Notes: a model not told the origin generated them from the letters alone. A stretch of 63,929 nt of DNA, filler included, from Vezdaea acicularis (GCA_026025075.1; 3 parts of 3 records of this genome joined end to end with filler, not necessarily neighbours in it); one strand, 5' to 3'. Shown: positions 44,607-58,148, numbered from the whole stretch's first letter. Made by a program: numbers and translations.

Positions 44607-45467
44607 CTACTTGTGGCCCTGCAAGTGCCACTGATACACTTTCTGGAATATGCCCTTTCCATCCCGCTCAATGACGTCTCCATGGCACGGGATAATCCTA
44701 TCAAAATCCCAACTCCCCACTCGTTGGGCACTCGCGTTGAAGGAGGGCTTGTCTTTTGCCGATGTATACCATATGAAGCGTTTCTGCCATACTGCGCTCC
44801 CTTGCGTGTTTTGGAAGATGGTGAAAAGTTTCGTAAGGACCCCACTAGTTGCAAGCTCGCCAGTCTTCGAGTATTGCTCCGTAGCGGGGAGGTTGAACAT
44901 CAAATCTGCTTGGATCAAGGTCCGGTCTGGCTTGTAAAGGAAAGCTAGCTCTTTGTTGGCATGCCCACCAAAATACTCGTACTCGAAATCTGCATCAAAG
45001 GCTTCATCAACCTTAACACTACTCTTGTTGGATTCCCTGAACACTACTTCAAAGGGCACATCCTCGTTTTTCTGACTTGCTCGCTTCTCAGGAAGGCCTT
45101 CAACGCCGATTACTTTGGCTTTGGGATATTCCGTGTGCCATGGGCCAAGAAATATGTGATGTTCTATATCAAGTGCGACAATATACCGTACATCGTTACC
45201 CAGGGATTGGACTGTCTCTTTGGCCTCGGGTATCAGGGCAGTTGGTGAAAATACAGCCAGGGCTCCGTTTGAAAGTCGGACTGAATCAAGAATGATTAGC
45301 CCTCTGATAAGTCCTTACGAGATATCTTACTTACCCACTGTTCCTCGGCCCCCAACTTTAAGGGTCCCGAAGCGTGCAAATGGCGCTGAGAGTGTGGTGA
45401 TATTTGGAGTGATCTGGCGAATCACCGTGACCGCTGATGGGTTGGCCGGAATTAACTTAGAAGTCAT
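44607..45467 (-). CDS. DUF4336-like (metallo-beta-lactamase-fold) protein, 2 exons
   Basis: MTSKLIPANPSAVTVIR...PFARFG..VGGRGT, YIVALDIEHHIFL, TLIQADLMFNLP and WDFDRIIPCHGD. Confidence 0.82.
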
Positions 45468-47060
45468 GTTCTCAATTGATAAGCTATTATTTAGAGAGGA
45501 TATCGATTGAAGTTAGCGGTAATTGGCCTGAGTAGACTGAAGAGTGTTTTGTTGTTTAGAGGTGGGGGAAGGAGGCTTTTTGAGCCCACAGCTTTGGCTA
45601 GCCTTTGCGCTTGAGGGACCGGCTTGATCGGATAGGAAAGATGCAGGCTTTATCGGACGGTTACTTCTTATTTAGTAACGCTAAGTAATGTTTTCTAGGA
45701 GCGCCCGTCTCGCTTTATACACTCTCGTAAACCACAACTCTTCTCCTCGAGGAGTTTGAATTTCTATCAATTGTCATTCATTGACATCATTGGGGACGCC
45801 ATGCCTCGGCTCGGCATCACAACACCCTTGGAACCTCCCAAACGATTATGTCATCTTGTAGTTGAAGAGACTCAATCCAGGGCTATCCAAACATCGTCGA
45901 CTACACTTGCACACATATATCCTATTCCGAGGCATTAAACATCCACTGGTTTATTGTATTTCTAATCTCAAGCGTGGCTTGCGATGTTGGTCAAAGCCTC
46001 CAGCCCGCTGCGCTTCCGCGATCGGGCCGGTACCGAGGATTTCATATTGGCGCAACGAAGTGCTGACTGTTAATGTTGCAGTGGCGCTTTGAAGGCGCTT
46101 GGCCGTCGGCTTAACGTCGCGGAATTGCTGTGACAACAAGGCGTGATCAGGTACTTCAGACGTTTCCCTGGCCGTGTGAAGGGCCTTATACTCGGATGAG
46201 CTCGGAAAGCCTGGCCTTGCTAGTCCTTCATTCGTCATACCCGCTTGCTCTAATTCCATTTCATTTTATTTCAGGTCTCCCGCTCCCCTACTTATGCCAG
46301 GGATTTACAACAGCCATCCGAGCTCTGCCCAAGCCATCAAGTTGTGTTTCCACTCTCCGCCGCCAAAATAAGCGATGGCGCATAGAAATGTCCGATCATG
46401 TTGGATAGCTCCCCAGCCATTCGACAAGGCTTTTCCCGACGTGACAAGAGGATCAGCTTCCGTCAAGGGTTTCCCGCTACCGAATTAAGCATAGGTTGTT
46501 CTCTTCAACCTTCCCTTCGAGGCAGCGCTTTCTTCAATCCTGTTTCGCTTCGCTCCACGTCGCTTGCAACTTTTCCCTCACTGGCCACTTCCTGCCACGC
46601 GACCTAGGGTTTTGCTGTCGTATGACCTCTTTCCTTGCCAGTGTCGCATATCCTTGATATGCGTGAATGCCTTTAATCTTTCTTCTTGCAAGGCTATTGC
46701 AAAGTCCCGGTGCAGATCAGTACTCTTTGGGCGCTCCCTTCCTTGCTTGGCCCTGGCCTTGGAAAGTTGCCCCGCTAAGTGGGCGATCTAAAGTTACCAA
46801 TGGCTATCCCCCTTTCCAAGGAAAATGAACCGTATGAGGTCATTCCTTTCTCACGCGTTTTTACCAAAGGCATTGCAGGTTTTGGTCATTCGCAGTGAAT
46901 TCGCACTACCTCATACAAGCCCCCGCCAGATCATAAAACCGTTCACTTTCCCCAGGGTTTTATACATCACAATAGAGCCAGCTTCTCCTACTACATCTCA
47001 TCCTTATTTCACTCCGCGTTTCTGTTGACATCTCCCTACCCCTCAGGACCCAGAATCAAG

Positions 47061-47714
47061 ATGCCTGCCATGGCACGTATTGCCTATCTGTCCCTGCGCG
47101 TTGGCGAGCTTGCCTTCGCTGCAACAGTCGCAGGCTTGATCGGTCAATATTTACATCAGGTTGACGAAGCCAACGGCCATCCAGGGAAACGTTTCGTTTA
47201 CACCGAAGTCATTGCTGGGCTGTCAATCCTACTAGCTCTCATCTGGCTCCTTCCCTTCACCGCCGGCTTCATTCATTACCCCGTCGACTTTGTGATGTTC
47301 ATCCTGTGGATTGTTGCTTTCGGCTTACTGGTGAACGTAAGTGCCCAGCAGGAGCTTTATGCCCCCTCGAACTCAACTCCAGAAACTAATCTTTTTTGCG
47401 TACAGTTCATCGGCCCTCTCCACTGCGGTAGCATCTGGGCCTGGGGCGACATCACCGACAAAGGGACCTGTCAAAAGTGGAAAGCATCCGTCGCCTTCAG
47501 CTTCCTATCAGCCGTCTTCTGGCTTGCTTCTGCGATCTTGGGCATCTATGTCATCCATCGTGCGCGCCGCGGAACCGTCGCTGCTCGTGATGATGGTGCT
47601 CTAGGCACACACGGAACGTAAGTCTTCGTGGTCCCCCCTTAAAAGTCATAAAGACACTAACACGAGGTTTGCAGTCGCAGTCGTCGACGCTGGTATCGCA
47701 ACTCACGAGTGTAG
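47061..47714 (+). CDS. Four-TM MARVEL-like integral membrane protein, 3 exons
   Basis: LRVGELAFAATVAGLIG, YTEVIAGLSILLALIWL, DFVMFILWIVAFGLL and CQKWKASVAFSFLSAVFWL. Introns at ~47337-47405 and 47618-47674; basic tail RSRRRWYRNSRV*. Confidence 0.85.
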
Positions 47715-48446
47715 ACGGAGATGGGGTCCCTAGGGGCTGCTTCGTTGCGCGTGCCGGAAATAGCATTTGTACTCAGCTTCGGATTACTGTTACCTTTTCT
47801 CGAGTGTCTTGTTTCGCTGCATTGATACGAGATTAGCGTGGCGATGTTTATGCTAGCAATAGTTTGTGTATAGGAGAAATTATATTCTGCAGTTGATGCA
47901 TGCTTATATCGTTTGGTCATGTCTTCGTGTTATGTGCTGTCGTAGAATTCCCATGCCGTTGCGCGGTTTAAACCATGAAAGACCAGCAACAGCACGTTCA
48001 ACAATTTGGCGACCCTCAAAGGACTTTTCGTAACGGATCGTGCACGGCATAGCTTTGATACTCTTAATGGATTTACTGGTGGTCTAATGTGAATCCTAGA
48101 TTGCCAACATGACAGCCATGAACGAACCCCACAATCAGCCATGCGGGAGCTGAGTACTGCAAACATAGGCAACGTTTCCAAGACCCTCGCAGGCACATCT
48201 AGGCACACTCATATAACACATGTCGGCTGCCCTTCCAGCTTTGATTCAAGATCCAGACTTACTCCTTAAAGGCCTAAGCTGCTTTCAGCGAGACCTAGAT
48301 AGACATAAACTAAGAGAACCGAACATCTCTAAATGCACAGGCGCAAGCAATGCAGAACATATGTAACGCAAACCAAACTTGCTGAAGGAAGTCGGCTCGA
48401 TCATTACCTCACAATGAGATGGAGGGCGCCAGTATCAACTGGATTA

Positions 48447-51400
48447 TTACGACTTGCCCCAGAAGTCAAGGCTAGCAATTACGTCCTCCCCGGTGATTTC
48501 ATCTTCATAGGCGTAGAGAATCTAAAGTTCTGGATCAGCGGGCACCATCATTTGACAAGAAAATCGTGGTTTCTTACCTCACGGGTAGAACTATGCAACA
48601 TTCGGATGTTCTTAGCCGTCACAATGTGCTCTAACGTCGCTGTATCCACGTGTCGAATTTCGATAAATGACGGTTCGAAGGCGAGTAAGTAAGGGGCAGA
48701 GAAAGCAAATGCTTGTGGCGATCCTTCCCAGTGGATCTTCCAATCTGGCCTCGCTCTCCACCCATTGCGGTTGACGTAGAATGAGAATTCCGAGTAATTG
48801 AGCAAAAACTCCCCATTCATCCGCTCTATATGAATCGGCTTGATGTTCTCTTTCCTAGCGACAAAGTCGAGGGAGGTATCAGCTGCATCAAGTAGTGACT
48901 GAGTTTCCAGCGTCTCCAGACTGACAACTTCAAAGCCCTTCGCACAGCCTACACACATCTTTGATTTCAAGAAATGGATTGAGGATGATTCGGTAGGTAT
49001 GTAGAATTCCTTGAATGGTTTAAGAGCTTCCTGCCCACCTTGGAACATCTTGCTGATAGCGGGCTTCTTCCTGCCCTTGGTCATAGAATCCATTGGTTCA
49101 TAGACTTTGATAGTGCTCGACAGAGCGGATGTTTTGACTGTGCAAACAAGATGCCTTCCCAAGCAGATCCCCGCTTTGAAGAAGTTCGTGTGTCCCTGGA
49201 TCTTCTTTGGCCGCTTCGTAAGAGATTGACTGTCGTTCAGTTCAAGAGCTTCTAGCGGATAAGAAAGGAGTTGCTTATTGGACAAGACCAATAACAGCTG
49301 GTACTCCTCGAGGACATCAATCTGGGTAACGGCACTGGCATCCAAAACTCGCTTAGGCTTCGCCGGCCCATCTCTTTGCTTGCGGTCAGCTATATAGACA
49401 CCAGTGTCCGTCCCGTAGACTAATTTTCGACCGCCATCTATGATTTCATCAGCTTTGACAATGTTATTGTGCAACTATACGCATACCTATAGGAACAAGA
49501 CAATTGACCCTGTTAGCAGCATTGAAGAAACCTTGGCAGAGGATTGTCTTGTTGTAAAAGTTGCTTCGTTCTTTCAGAGCTCTTTGCTGACTTTCAATAT
49601 GCTCCATCCACTTCCTTCGTTGAATCTGTGATGATGCAAACAGCGTGACCTCGAATCCGCCTTTACCAATATGCTTGAATGTAATAGGATAAGATTGCTT
49701 TGCGGAAGGATCCGGCCTTGGCGCATTAAGGCCAGTCTTTGCGCCAGGTATCAGACTAGAGGATGGTCTTTTAGCAATTCCCAGCCTGGGAATCACCTCA
49801 TCCATTTGCTGGATGACTAAAAGCTCTAACGGTATTGGCTTCTCAGAATTAGCTTCTATTCGACCCACTTTTCAACAGCGACTGAGTTACCTTTTTAAAG
49901 ACCTTTAGTTCCTCCCTCTTATTTACTGCTTTCACACGGACAAGGAGCACTGCGTGATCAAAGAGATAGGCGTGTATATCACTAGTATCAGTGGGGCCCT
50001 TCTTCAACGGACCCTTAAAAAGAAGTTGCCGACGCTCTTCAGTGAGTTTGAGGTCAACATATTCCCCTGGCCGGAATCGGAGTTGATAGTTAAGTTGCAT
50101 CAAATTAAAGTGGTTCTCGGCCTTGCCTGACTCAATGTTGACTCTCGACAAGAAGTCTCGGATGAGTGCAATAGCCTTCGGGATATCCTGTTTATCAGGG
50201 TTGTTGTCTGCTGTATACTTTACAATGTTTTCTAACAAAAGTGGATATCTCGCGAGCCTTGTTGTTGGTTTCGTCAAGTAGCCGTTGAGCTCTAGCTTTC
50301 GGGACTCCTTCATTCTCTCCACTTCGTCTACGAATTTTGAGAAAGCTGCATTGGATGCTCTTTCTTTCTCGAACTCATATTTCCCATACAGCTGATTAGC
50401 TCCGTATTTGATGAAGGGATCGAATCGAGGGATGAATTCAAGGAAGATATCGCCGACATTATGGCAGACGGGATTTTTCTCTTGCCTCTCGTTCAACCTT
50501 GCCGCCAGTTTAGAATTAACAGCAAGCACATCAAGACAATTGGAGAAGACCGTCCGGATGAACTTCTCCCGACGATGCTCAGGAATTGGTGAGGGATTGG
50601 CAGGATTCTTAGACTTGAGCGGGTTCATCCAGAAGTCTCGTAAGTATTCCAGATCCTTCACAAAGTCACGCTCGGTATACATAAGTTCTGCAATCACTTC
50701 TTGACGTTTCTTTTCCCTGTCGCTTACGTTGTCCGAGACGTCTTTGGAAACGGTGTTTATCCACAGTTTTCGTTCGTCCTTCTCATCCCCATGAAGACTT
50801 GACTTTGACTCCTGGCGCTTGAGACCGGGTTGCAACTTAAGGTTCAGTCTGGATTGCTGCTCAAGGCGTCGCGGACAAGCGATGGAGTAGCACAACCGGT
50901 CTCTAGTGCACGTGGGAGAGTAACATTCTGTCAATAATGTAAAGACACCGTTAACGTCCGACGAATCTTCCATCAAGGTTTCTCGAAATTGATAAATCTC
51001 TTGGGGCGCATCCCGTAGTCTGTGATCATACGTAACATCGTGGAAAAACTTCTGCGCATCTAAGGCTCTCCCTAGCAGAAGTGCCAGGTTTCGATCTGTG
51101 GTCTTGATTATGTACGAGATGAGATCCACGGCTTCAGAGCCAGTAAAAGCGCCTGTGTATGTCAAATCATTCTTATTCCGTTCCCCCAAGCCGATTCTCT
51201 CATGAAAGGTGTCGGCAACTCTGGACAGTAACGCCGGATATACAAGAGGCGCTTTCCGCTGTGCCATGACGAGTGTGCTTTGAGGAGAGCTACTAGAAGA
51301 TTTTTGAAGGGATGTACGATGCTGCAGTGAATTCGACCTTTCCGAGGGCGCTATTGAAGTCATCGACATTGTATGCGAGTTCATACTAGCGATGCTTGGC

Positions 51401-52194
51401 GTTCGTTTTTGGCCCGAAGTAGATGCCATGGATGCTGCGCGTCCGTCTTGGCTTGAGTATTCGTTCATAGTACTCTGGCCAGACTCCGGCCTCCTGTTTG
51501 GTATTATGCGGCCGCTCATCGTCTGCGAGTAATCTCGTGTACCGTTGTATGTCATCGACATCGCCCTCTCGTCATGTCTTTCGGGTACAACACGTCCTTG
51601 CGCGGTTGTTCGAGAGGGCTGATGTGCTTGCTGTCGGAAGGAATTTGCAGGAGCTTGATTATAACTCATCGGCGGTGGTTGGTACACGGGAGGTCCTGGC
51701 ATAGCAGCCATAGACCGGGATCGGTACGCGTCGGCATTTGCAGCGGCCTGCCCAGGATGGTACCGGTTCACAGGCTTGTGTAGATGGGAAGGCTGTTGTC
51801 GAGAATCCACTCGCTGTGGCTGCGGATAGGGCCGACGTTCGGCATACTGTTGCTGAGTACCGTAGTGGGGCTGGCCTTGAGCCGATGGCTGGGGATTAGG
51901 CCTTTGCCCTCCATCATACCCGTTCGTCATTTGTTGGGGAGAGTTATAGCTAGTCGACGATTGTCGTAGTGGTAGCGGCCGTTGAAGTGGGAAGCCTGAC
52001 TGCTGAGAGGTCATGGTTTGGGAGCGGGGAGGGGCTGGCTGTTGACCGCTCGCACCAGTCATTGTCTGGGTCCTTCCTGGAGGGGGGGCAGCTCCAAATA
52101 TGGACGAGAATGCCGCATCTCGCTGGTAGGAAGATGCGTGGCCATAACTGCTCGTTTGGTAGTTCCGGCCCTGTTGTTCTTGATAGTCTGCCAT
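48447..52194 (-). CDS. ROM2: Rho1 guanine-nucleotide exchange factor Rom2 (DEP-DH-PH-CNH), 4 exons
   Basis: PLVYPALLSRVA/FTGSEAVD DEP domain, KRQEVIAELMYTERDFVKDL and GYLTKPTTRLARYPLLL DH domain, YLFDHAVLL PH domain, CNH domain; ends EDVIASLDFWGKS*. Confidence 0.95.
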
Positions 52195-53101
52195 GGGAAG
52201 AAGCAAACAGCTCCAAACCTAGGACGGAGAATTAGCACACCAAACCATCTTGAGGCTGACCTGATCCTCCAATGATCCGCTTTCCGTACTATCGATAGGA
52301 GATCTATGCTATGCTCACCTACGTAATACCTGGAAGAAAGCGGATTGCAGTCAAGCCAAAGGGCAAAGACTGGATTCTTTGAAGGACGCGCCTACATTAA
52401 CCGCTTCTAGCTCGTCTATTCACCAAGATACTCGATGTCATGCCACTCTTTGCGTGAGCAGCATCCCTACAATCGAAGCGCGGGTGGGAAGTAGATCAAG
52501 GTAATGTTTCGATTCTTATCGCTCACAAAAGGGGTTTACGCCTAAAGGATGTCGTTCCGTTTTCCCGTGCAACGGTGCCTGAACGGAGGAAGAGCCAGAC
52601 GGTGTTGGGGACCTGTCAACAAAGAGTCAAGCTGATTGCAAAGAAACGTGCGTGTTGGTCCGCGCGATGCCCGAGAATGAATTGAGAAACAGCAGCTAAA
52701 GTGAAACAAAAAGGGTTAGACTAGATTCGGCAGCGGACAAACGGCACCTCGCCTCCCGTAGAATACTCGTAACTTAAACGTCATGCGTAACTTCTATCTT
52801 TTCCTATTCTAATTGATTTCACGCGCACAATTGGAGTAGGATAGAGCAAAGACCATCCCCAAGCTCGGAAGATCAAACCTCCTGTGGGCTGAGGAATCTT
52901 GGGGAACTTAAGTGGAAAGCGGAGCTTTTGAGGCATCTTTTGCGGGTGGAAAAAGTACTTATCACGTGTAGCTAGCCGATGCTCTAACACCGCGAGATTC
53001 GAAATCACGATCACGACTTTCCGCCTCATCCCACTAGCAGCAAAGCTTTCCTCACAAACTCCCTCTAGCTTTAATCGGACTCTGCTTGATTAGAACTCAA
53101 G

Positions 53102-53993
53102 ATGGCAGACTCGGGCTTGGCTCCAAAGTTCGCCCCGTTTTTGGGAATGGTGCGTAGGACCCTGCACTAACAGACGAACTTTCGAAAGCTAACCAACTAG
53201 CTATCAGGCTGGAATCGCCTCCGCCGTAAGTCAAATGGTTGTTGTTCTATTATTGCTGTTTCTGACGTGTTCATCCTTAGATGATATTTGGCTGTACGTT
53301 TGGTCGTCGTCCCCTCTCTCGGTAGAAGTTACCTAAAGCTTTCGATATCTAGGTTTTGGAGCAGCATACGGAACAGCAAAGTCTGGGATTGGCATAGCTG
53401 GTGTTGGAACATTTAGACCAGATCTGATCATGAAGGTGCTACTCGCAACACCGCGCGAACAATGTGTCTCCGAGATGCTGACCTATCGAGTCGTAGTCAC
53501 TTATCCCGGTCGTCATGTCTGGTATCATAGCAGTGTATTCCCTAGTCATCGCGGTTCTTATCGCGGGAAACATGTCACCGCCGCCGGAAGGGAACTACAG
53601 TCTTTTCGAGTAAGCAACTCTTACAACAACCATCCGTATGGTTCTACGTCCAAGAAAGGGGCTGATCGGTTACAGTGGGTGTATGCATCTAGCAGGGGGG
53701 CTTTCCGTAGGCTTGACGGGTCTTGCTGCAGGCTACTCAATAGGCATTGTAGGGGACATGGTGAGCAGCGGATACTGGTATCATCAACACCAGACTCGCT
53801 GACTATGCGACAGGGTGTCCGATCATTCATGCTGCAATCACGAGTTTTCGTGGGCATGGTACTGATTCTGATCTTTGGCGAGGTGTTAGGTCTATACGGG
53901 TAATTATCCTGTCCCCGGTAACAAAAGGATTGCGCTGACATTACGACCAGCCTTATTGTTGCATTAATACTCAACACAAGAGTGTCGGGATAG
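53102..53993 (+). CDS. VMA11: V-ATPase V0 proteolipid subunit c', 8 exons including 18- and 13-nt microexons
   Basis: [60 protein letters not shown] and [24 protein letters not shown]. Confidence 0.92.
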
Positions 53994-54304
53994 GGCAGAG
54001 TGTATGGTGTTTTTGGCGTCCATGTAATTGTATATATAGTCTTACCGATGGCTTTAAAATTTGCCAAGGGCATTCCCAATGCATTAGACCCAGAATTTAA
54101 TGTCCAAGATGTTGCTTGGCATAGTGTTGACACAGCCCACAGGAGGGACAGCTCTATACCCACCAGATGGTCCGTTATGGAGTGTCGATGCCATGTTGCA
54201 CGCTTTGTTAGTCTATTTTGCTAATAGACAGGAGTCTCGAACTGCAATGTGGTAAATGAAGCTCTTGGAGCCCCTTCGTCGCTTAGATAAAACTAACTTG
54301 GAAA

Positions 54305-54311
54305 CACGTGA
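54305..54311. promoter_or_regulatory. TCACGTG (Cbf1-type) site upstream of a sulfur-metabolism gene
   Basis: CACGTGA ~150 bp 5' of the CysA/Cys2-like ATG. A single site, so weak evidence. Confidence 0.3.
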
Positions 54312-54459
54312 GATGCCGCAATCAACCTTTGATCGACGCGAACGACAGGTCCAGCAAAAAAAAAGTTCACACTTAGTTCCAAGATGACTTTTGAACTGTA
54401 TAACCTCAACTCGATTGATATCCGAGGCGCCACAGGGTTCCCAAGATGGCTATATAGCT

Positions 54460-56150
54460 ATGAGTGTCGTTAGAGCTGCCTTTGGAGCAAGGCAGGCGTC
54501 TATAAAGGTCTCCCGGAAACCCCCCCAACTATTGCGTCATGCGCTCAAGAAGAAGAATTTCGATCCGACATCAGGTGCAGCGTTAAACCACCCATATCGT
54601 CAGATACATTCTCAGAGTCTCCTCAAGGGCACATCAGCAGCACCTGCCACTGCTGCCCCCGAAGAAAATGGCACCTCCGACTCCTCAAACCCAGCAATGG
54701 CATTCCCATGCCTCGATGCCTTGGAAACAAAGTCCGCCAGCCTTGAGACTCGCTCCCTTTCCAGCGGGCCCGAGCCTTCATACACGACGGGCAAGCACCT
54801 CAACCACCACTCTGAGCAGCCGCTGCTTCTCGACTGGGGAGGTGTGCTCCCCGAGTTCACGATCGCGTACGAAACGTGGGGCAAGCTCAACACGCAAAAT
54901 TCAAATGCCATACTTCTGCACACAGGCCTTTCCGCGTCTTCCCATGCTCACTCGACGGCTATAAATCCAAAGCCAGGCTGGTGGGAGAAGTTCATTGGAC
55001 CCGGCGGCGCGCTGGATACGAATAAGTATTTCATCGTTTGCACGAATGTAATTGGGGGCTGCTACGGCTCGACAGGCCCGAGCAGCATCGACCCTGCAGA
55101 CCGGCAGAGATATGCCACGCGCTTCCCAATCCTGACGATGGAAGACATGGTACGGGCTCAGTTCAGACTACTCGATCACCTCGGCGTCGAAAAGCTCCAC
55201 GCAAGCGTCGGCTCCAGCATGGGCGGGATGCAGAGTCTCGCCGCGGGCGTGCTCTTCCCTTCGCGCGTGGGCAGGATCGTTAGCATCAGCGGCTGCGCAC
55301 GCAGTCACCCTTACAGCATCGCCATGCGGCATACCCAACGCCAAGGTATAGTCCACCCTCCGTCTCTGGCTAGAGCCAGCAACGCCTATCCCAATGACAT
55401 GACTGACCGTCCACAGTGCTAATGATGGACCCCAAATGGTCGCGCGGCTTCTACTACGACCGCATCCCACCTCACGCGGGCATGAAGCTCGCCCGCGAGA
55501 TCGCAACCGTGACATACCGCTCCGGCCCGGAGTGGGAACAGCGCTTCGGGCGGCGGCGCGCCGACCCGGCCAAGCCCCCCGCGCTCTGTCCCGACTTTCT
55601 CATCGAGACGTACCTCGACCACGCCGGCGAGAAGTTCAGCCTCGAGTACGATCCGAATAGCCTGCTGTACGTGAGCAAAGCCATGGACCTGTTCGATCTC
55701 GGCGCCGCGAGCCAGAAGCGGATGAGGGACAGGCGTGCGGCGTATAGCAAACGAGAGGCCGACCCACGTGGAGCTGCAGAGGAAACCGGTTCCTGCAGCC
55801 TCACCCTCCCCGAGCAGCCTTACCAGGAACAACCAGACTCACACCCCCCTCCCACCACCACCGCCGCCACATCCGCCGACGCCGCGACCAGCGCGCCCCC
55901 CGGCCCGCCACAAGACCTGATCGACGGCCTCGCCCCGCTGAAGAATCATCCCGCGCTCATCATGGGCGTCGCGAGCGATATCCTCTTCCCCGCGTGGCAG
56001 CAGCGCGAGATTGCCGATGCCCTCGCCGCCGTGGGGAATAGAGGTGTGGTTCACAAAGAGCTGGGCGAGGATGTGAGTCTGTTCGGGCATGATACGTTTT
56101 TGCTCGATTTGGAGCATATTGGGGGCAGTGTTGGTAAGTTTTTGGAGTAG
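54460..56150 (+). CDS. MetX-family serine O-acyl(succinyl/acetyl)transferase, CysA/Cys2 type, mitochondrial-like presequence, 2 exons
   Basis: [35 protein letters not shown] nucleophile elbow, [11 protein letters not shown] and FGHDTFL. Intron 55346-55416. Confidence 0.9.
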
Positions 56151-56187
56151 GCGGACCGGGGGGGGGGGGGGGGGGGGGGTTGTTTTT

Positions 56188-56287
56188 NNNNNNNNNNNNN
56201 NNNNNNNNNNNNNNNNNNNNNNNNNNNNNNNTTAATTAATTAANNNNNNNNNNNNNNNNNNNNNNNNNNNNNNNNNNNNNNNNNNNN
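56188..56287. other. Assembly gap/contig linker (N44-TTAATTAATTAA-N44)
   Basis: Same artificial linker as at 28224, preceded by a poly-G run. Confidence 0.97.
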
Positions 56288-56414
56288 AGGTGCAGCTCTT
56301 TTAAGGTGCAGCTCTTTTAAGGTGCAGCTCTTTTAAGGTGCAGCTCTTTTAAGGTGCAGCTCTTTTAAGGTGCAGCTCTTTTAAGGTGCAGCTCTTTTAA
56401 GGTGCAGCTCTTTT
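56288..56414. repeat. Perfect 16-bp minisatellite (AGGTGCAGCTCTTTTA) x ~8 at a contig edge
   Basis: Seven full identical copies plus one lacking the last base; the array runs into the gap. Confidence 0.95.
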
Positions 56415-58088
56415 CTGCATTTGCTTATGTCATTGCGTTATTTTGAGCGATCAAAGACGTTGAACCTAGTCCCCTCTTAAGGAGTCTTTCACGTTGCTGC
56501 TAAATGCTTCGGCACCATCCTCTGATGGACACCCGAGTACCTTACCGGTTTGAATCGACTCATCACCGTTCCAGACTCCTAGAATACTGTCCATGGTTTT
56601 CTCTCACTCTAAGCACAAAAATGAGGTCAATCAAGTGTTTCCCTCTGATATATATTGATCAGTCGGTTGACTTGATCGTCGGGACACCTCGAGGTTGAAT
56701 ATGTCGGAAGTTGACCTATTACTTGTATTCCCTTCATATAAATCAAAGCATATGGCTGTGATTTCGCGTGCCCTATTCTACCTGCTTGCCTATACGGTCT
56801 AGCGTTTCATGAATACTTCCGATATACCAAGCCATGTAACATCTTGGTGTGTTTGCCACTCACCACTTGTCGGTGCAGCGTGACTAGCCAATAGGCTATA
56901 GGGTCATACCATGTATGACCCTATAGACCTCTGCTACTTATGATTAGCTGGGAAAGAGCAGAAGTGCATGGGGAAAGCGGAAGGACTAGTGTCTAGTTGC
57001 GATAATTGTTGAACAGTAGGATATCTTGGAAGTAACTGGTAAAGCAGGGAATTGATAAAGCAGCCTTGTCATTGCACATGGGACGCATGGGACATCCCCC
57101 CAATATCCTTCACGAAAGACAATCCAGCTCCGTACAAGTCCAGCTGGGTTTGCCCACTACTGGTGATACCAGCAATCATTCCCACAATGGGTTTATAATG
57201 CATATATGGGGAAGAGGAGCGCCATCGAATTGGGAGCGACGTGTCTGATGATTGGAGAACGGCAGGGAACCCCCACCCCCCCCTCTCCTTCCATTGAACA
57301 AGGATTTGCGAACTCTTACCAGGTTTGTAGTAGCGTCCACATACGGGAGTGGTTGGATGAAGCAGGGGAATAGAGGAGTAAGTTGCGGACCCAAGTGCGG
57401 AGCTGCAGGACGCGACAAGCCATTTTCGGAGAATAAACTCACGATGACAGCTTATTGGTGGCAAGTTCGACGCGTTCGCGGGGAGGACGGCAACGACACC
57501 TCGCTTCTGCATGATCCGCTTTCCTCATAGTTTGAGACTCCGCCACGCTGCTGCTATCGAGCCTGTCAGGGTCGGATGCTCTGCGATGGAGGCAATCCTT
57601 CTCCCCGATTGGAAGCATGTGGCTCCAGTCAACTCTTCCACGAGAGTCGGCTTCGCGTGGGAGGCGACGTCTAAAGCGTTTACGAACGCATGCGCTCGTC
57701 AGATGGAGGCATACTTTGAGAACCCTCTCCGCCCACCGCTGCGGAGATTCGTGTGACGATGGCGATCGAGACGCGTCATGTGGGGGGTGAACCTTCGTTC
57801 AATGAGGACTCAGGATGAGAGACTATCTGCTCAGGAGGATGGACGCTGGAGAAGAAGTGGAGACCGCGTCTGAATCAGTCGTTTCTCGCCTTCAGCGCAC
57901 GCTCCCGACGCACTCTGAAGGAGAGACGTCTCGGTCGAGACGCGGTTTCCAGGAGAGTTCTCTTGGGGAGAGGTAGAATAAGCTGGCGGTGAAGGCTTTC
58001 TTCTCCGCCGCGGTACAGGAAAATGCACGGCGCAAGGGACAAATCACACGGCGAGCTGGAGAAATTTGCCCGAATATTCCAGCTCAGG

Positions 58089-58148
58089 CCAATCGCGAGA
58101 CGCGTAGACGCGCGAGATTTTCGCGATTCACGCGATTTACGCGTCTCG
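58089..58148. promoter_or_regulatory. CCAAT box plus palindromic cluster of MCB/SCB-like CGCG elements
   Basis: CCAAT 58089, TCGCGA 58093, ACGCGT 58100, ACGCGCGA 58108, TTTTCGCG 58118, CACGCGA 58129 and ACGCGT 58139. Confidence 0.55.

Noticed and set aside
53430..54163. Long ORFs 53430-53903 (+) and 53621-54163 (-)
   Set aside because: They overlap the intron-rich VMA11 gene and are off-frame or antisense shadows.
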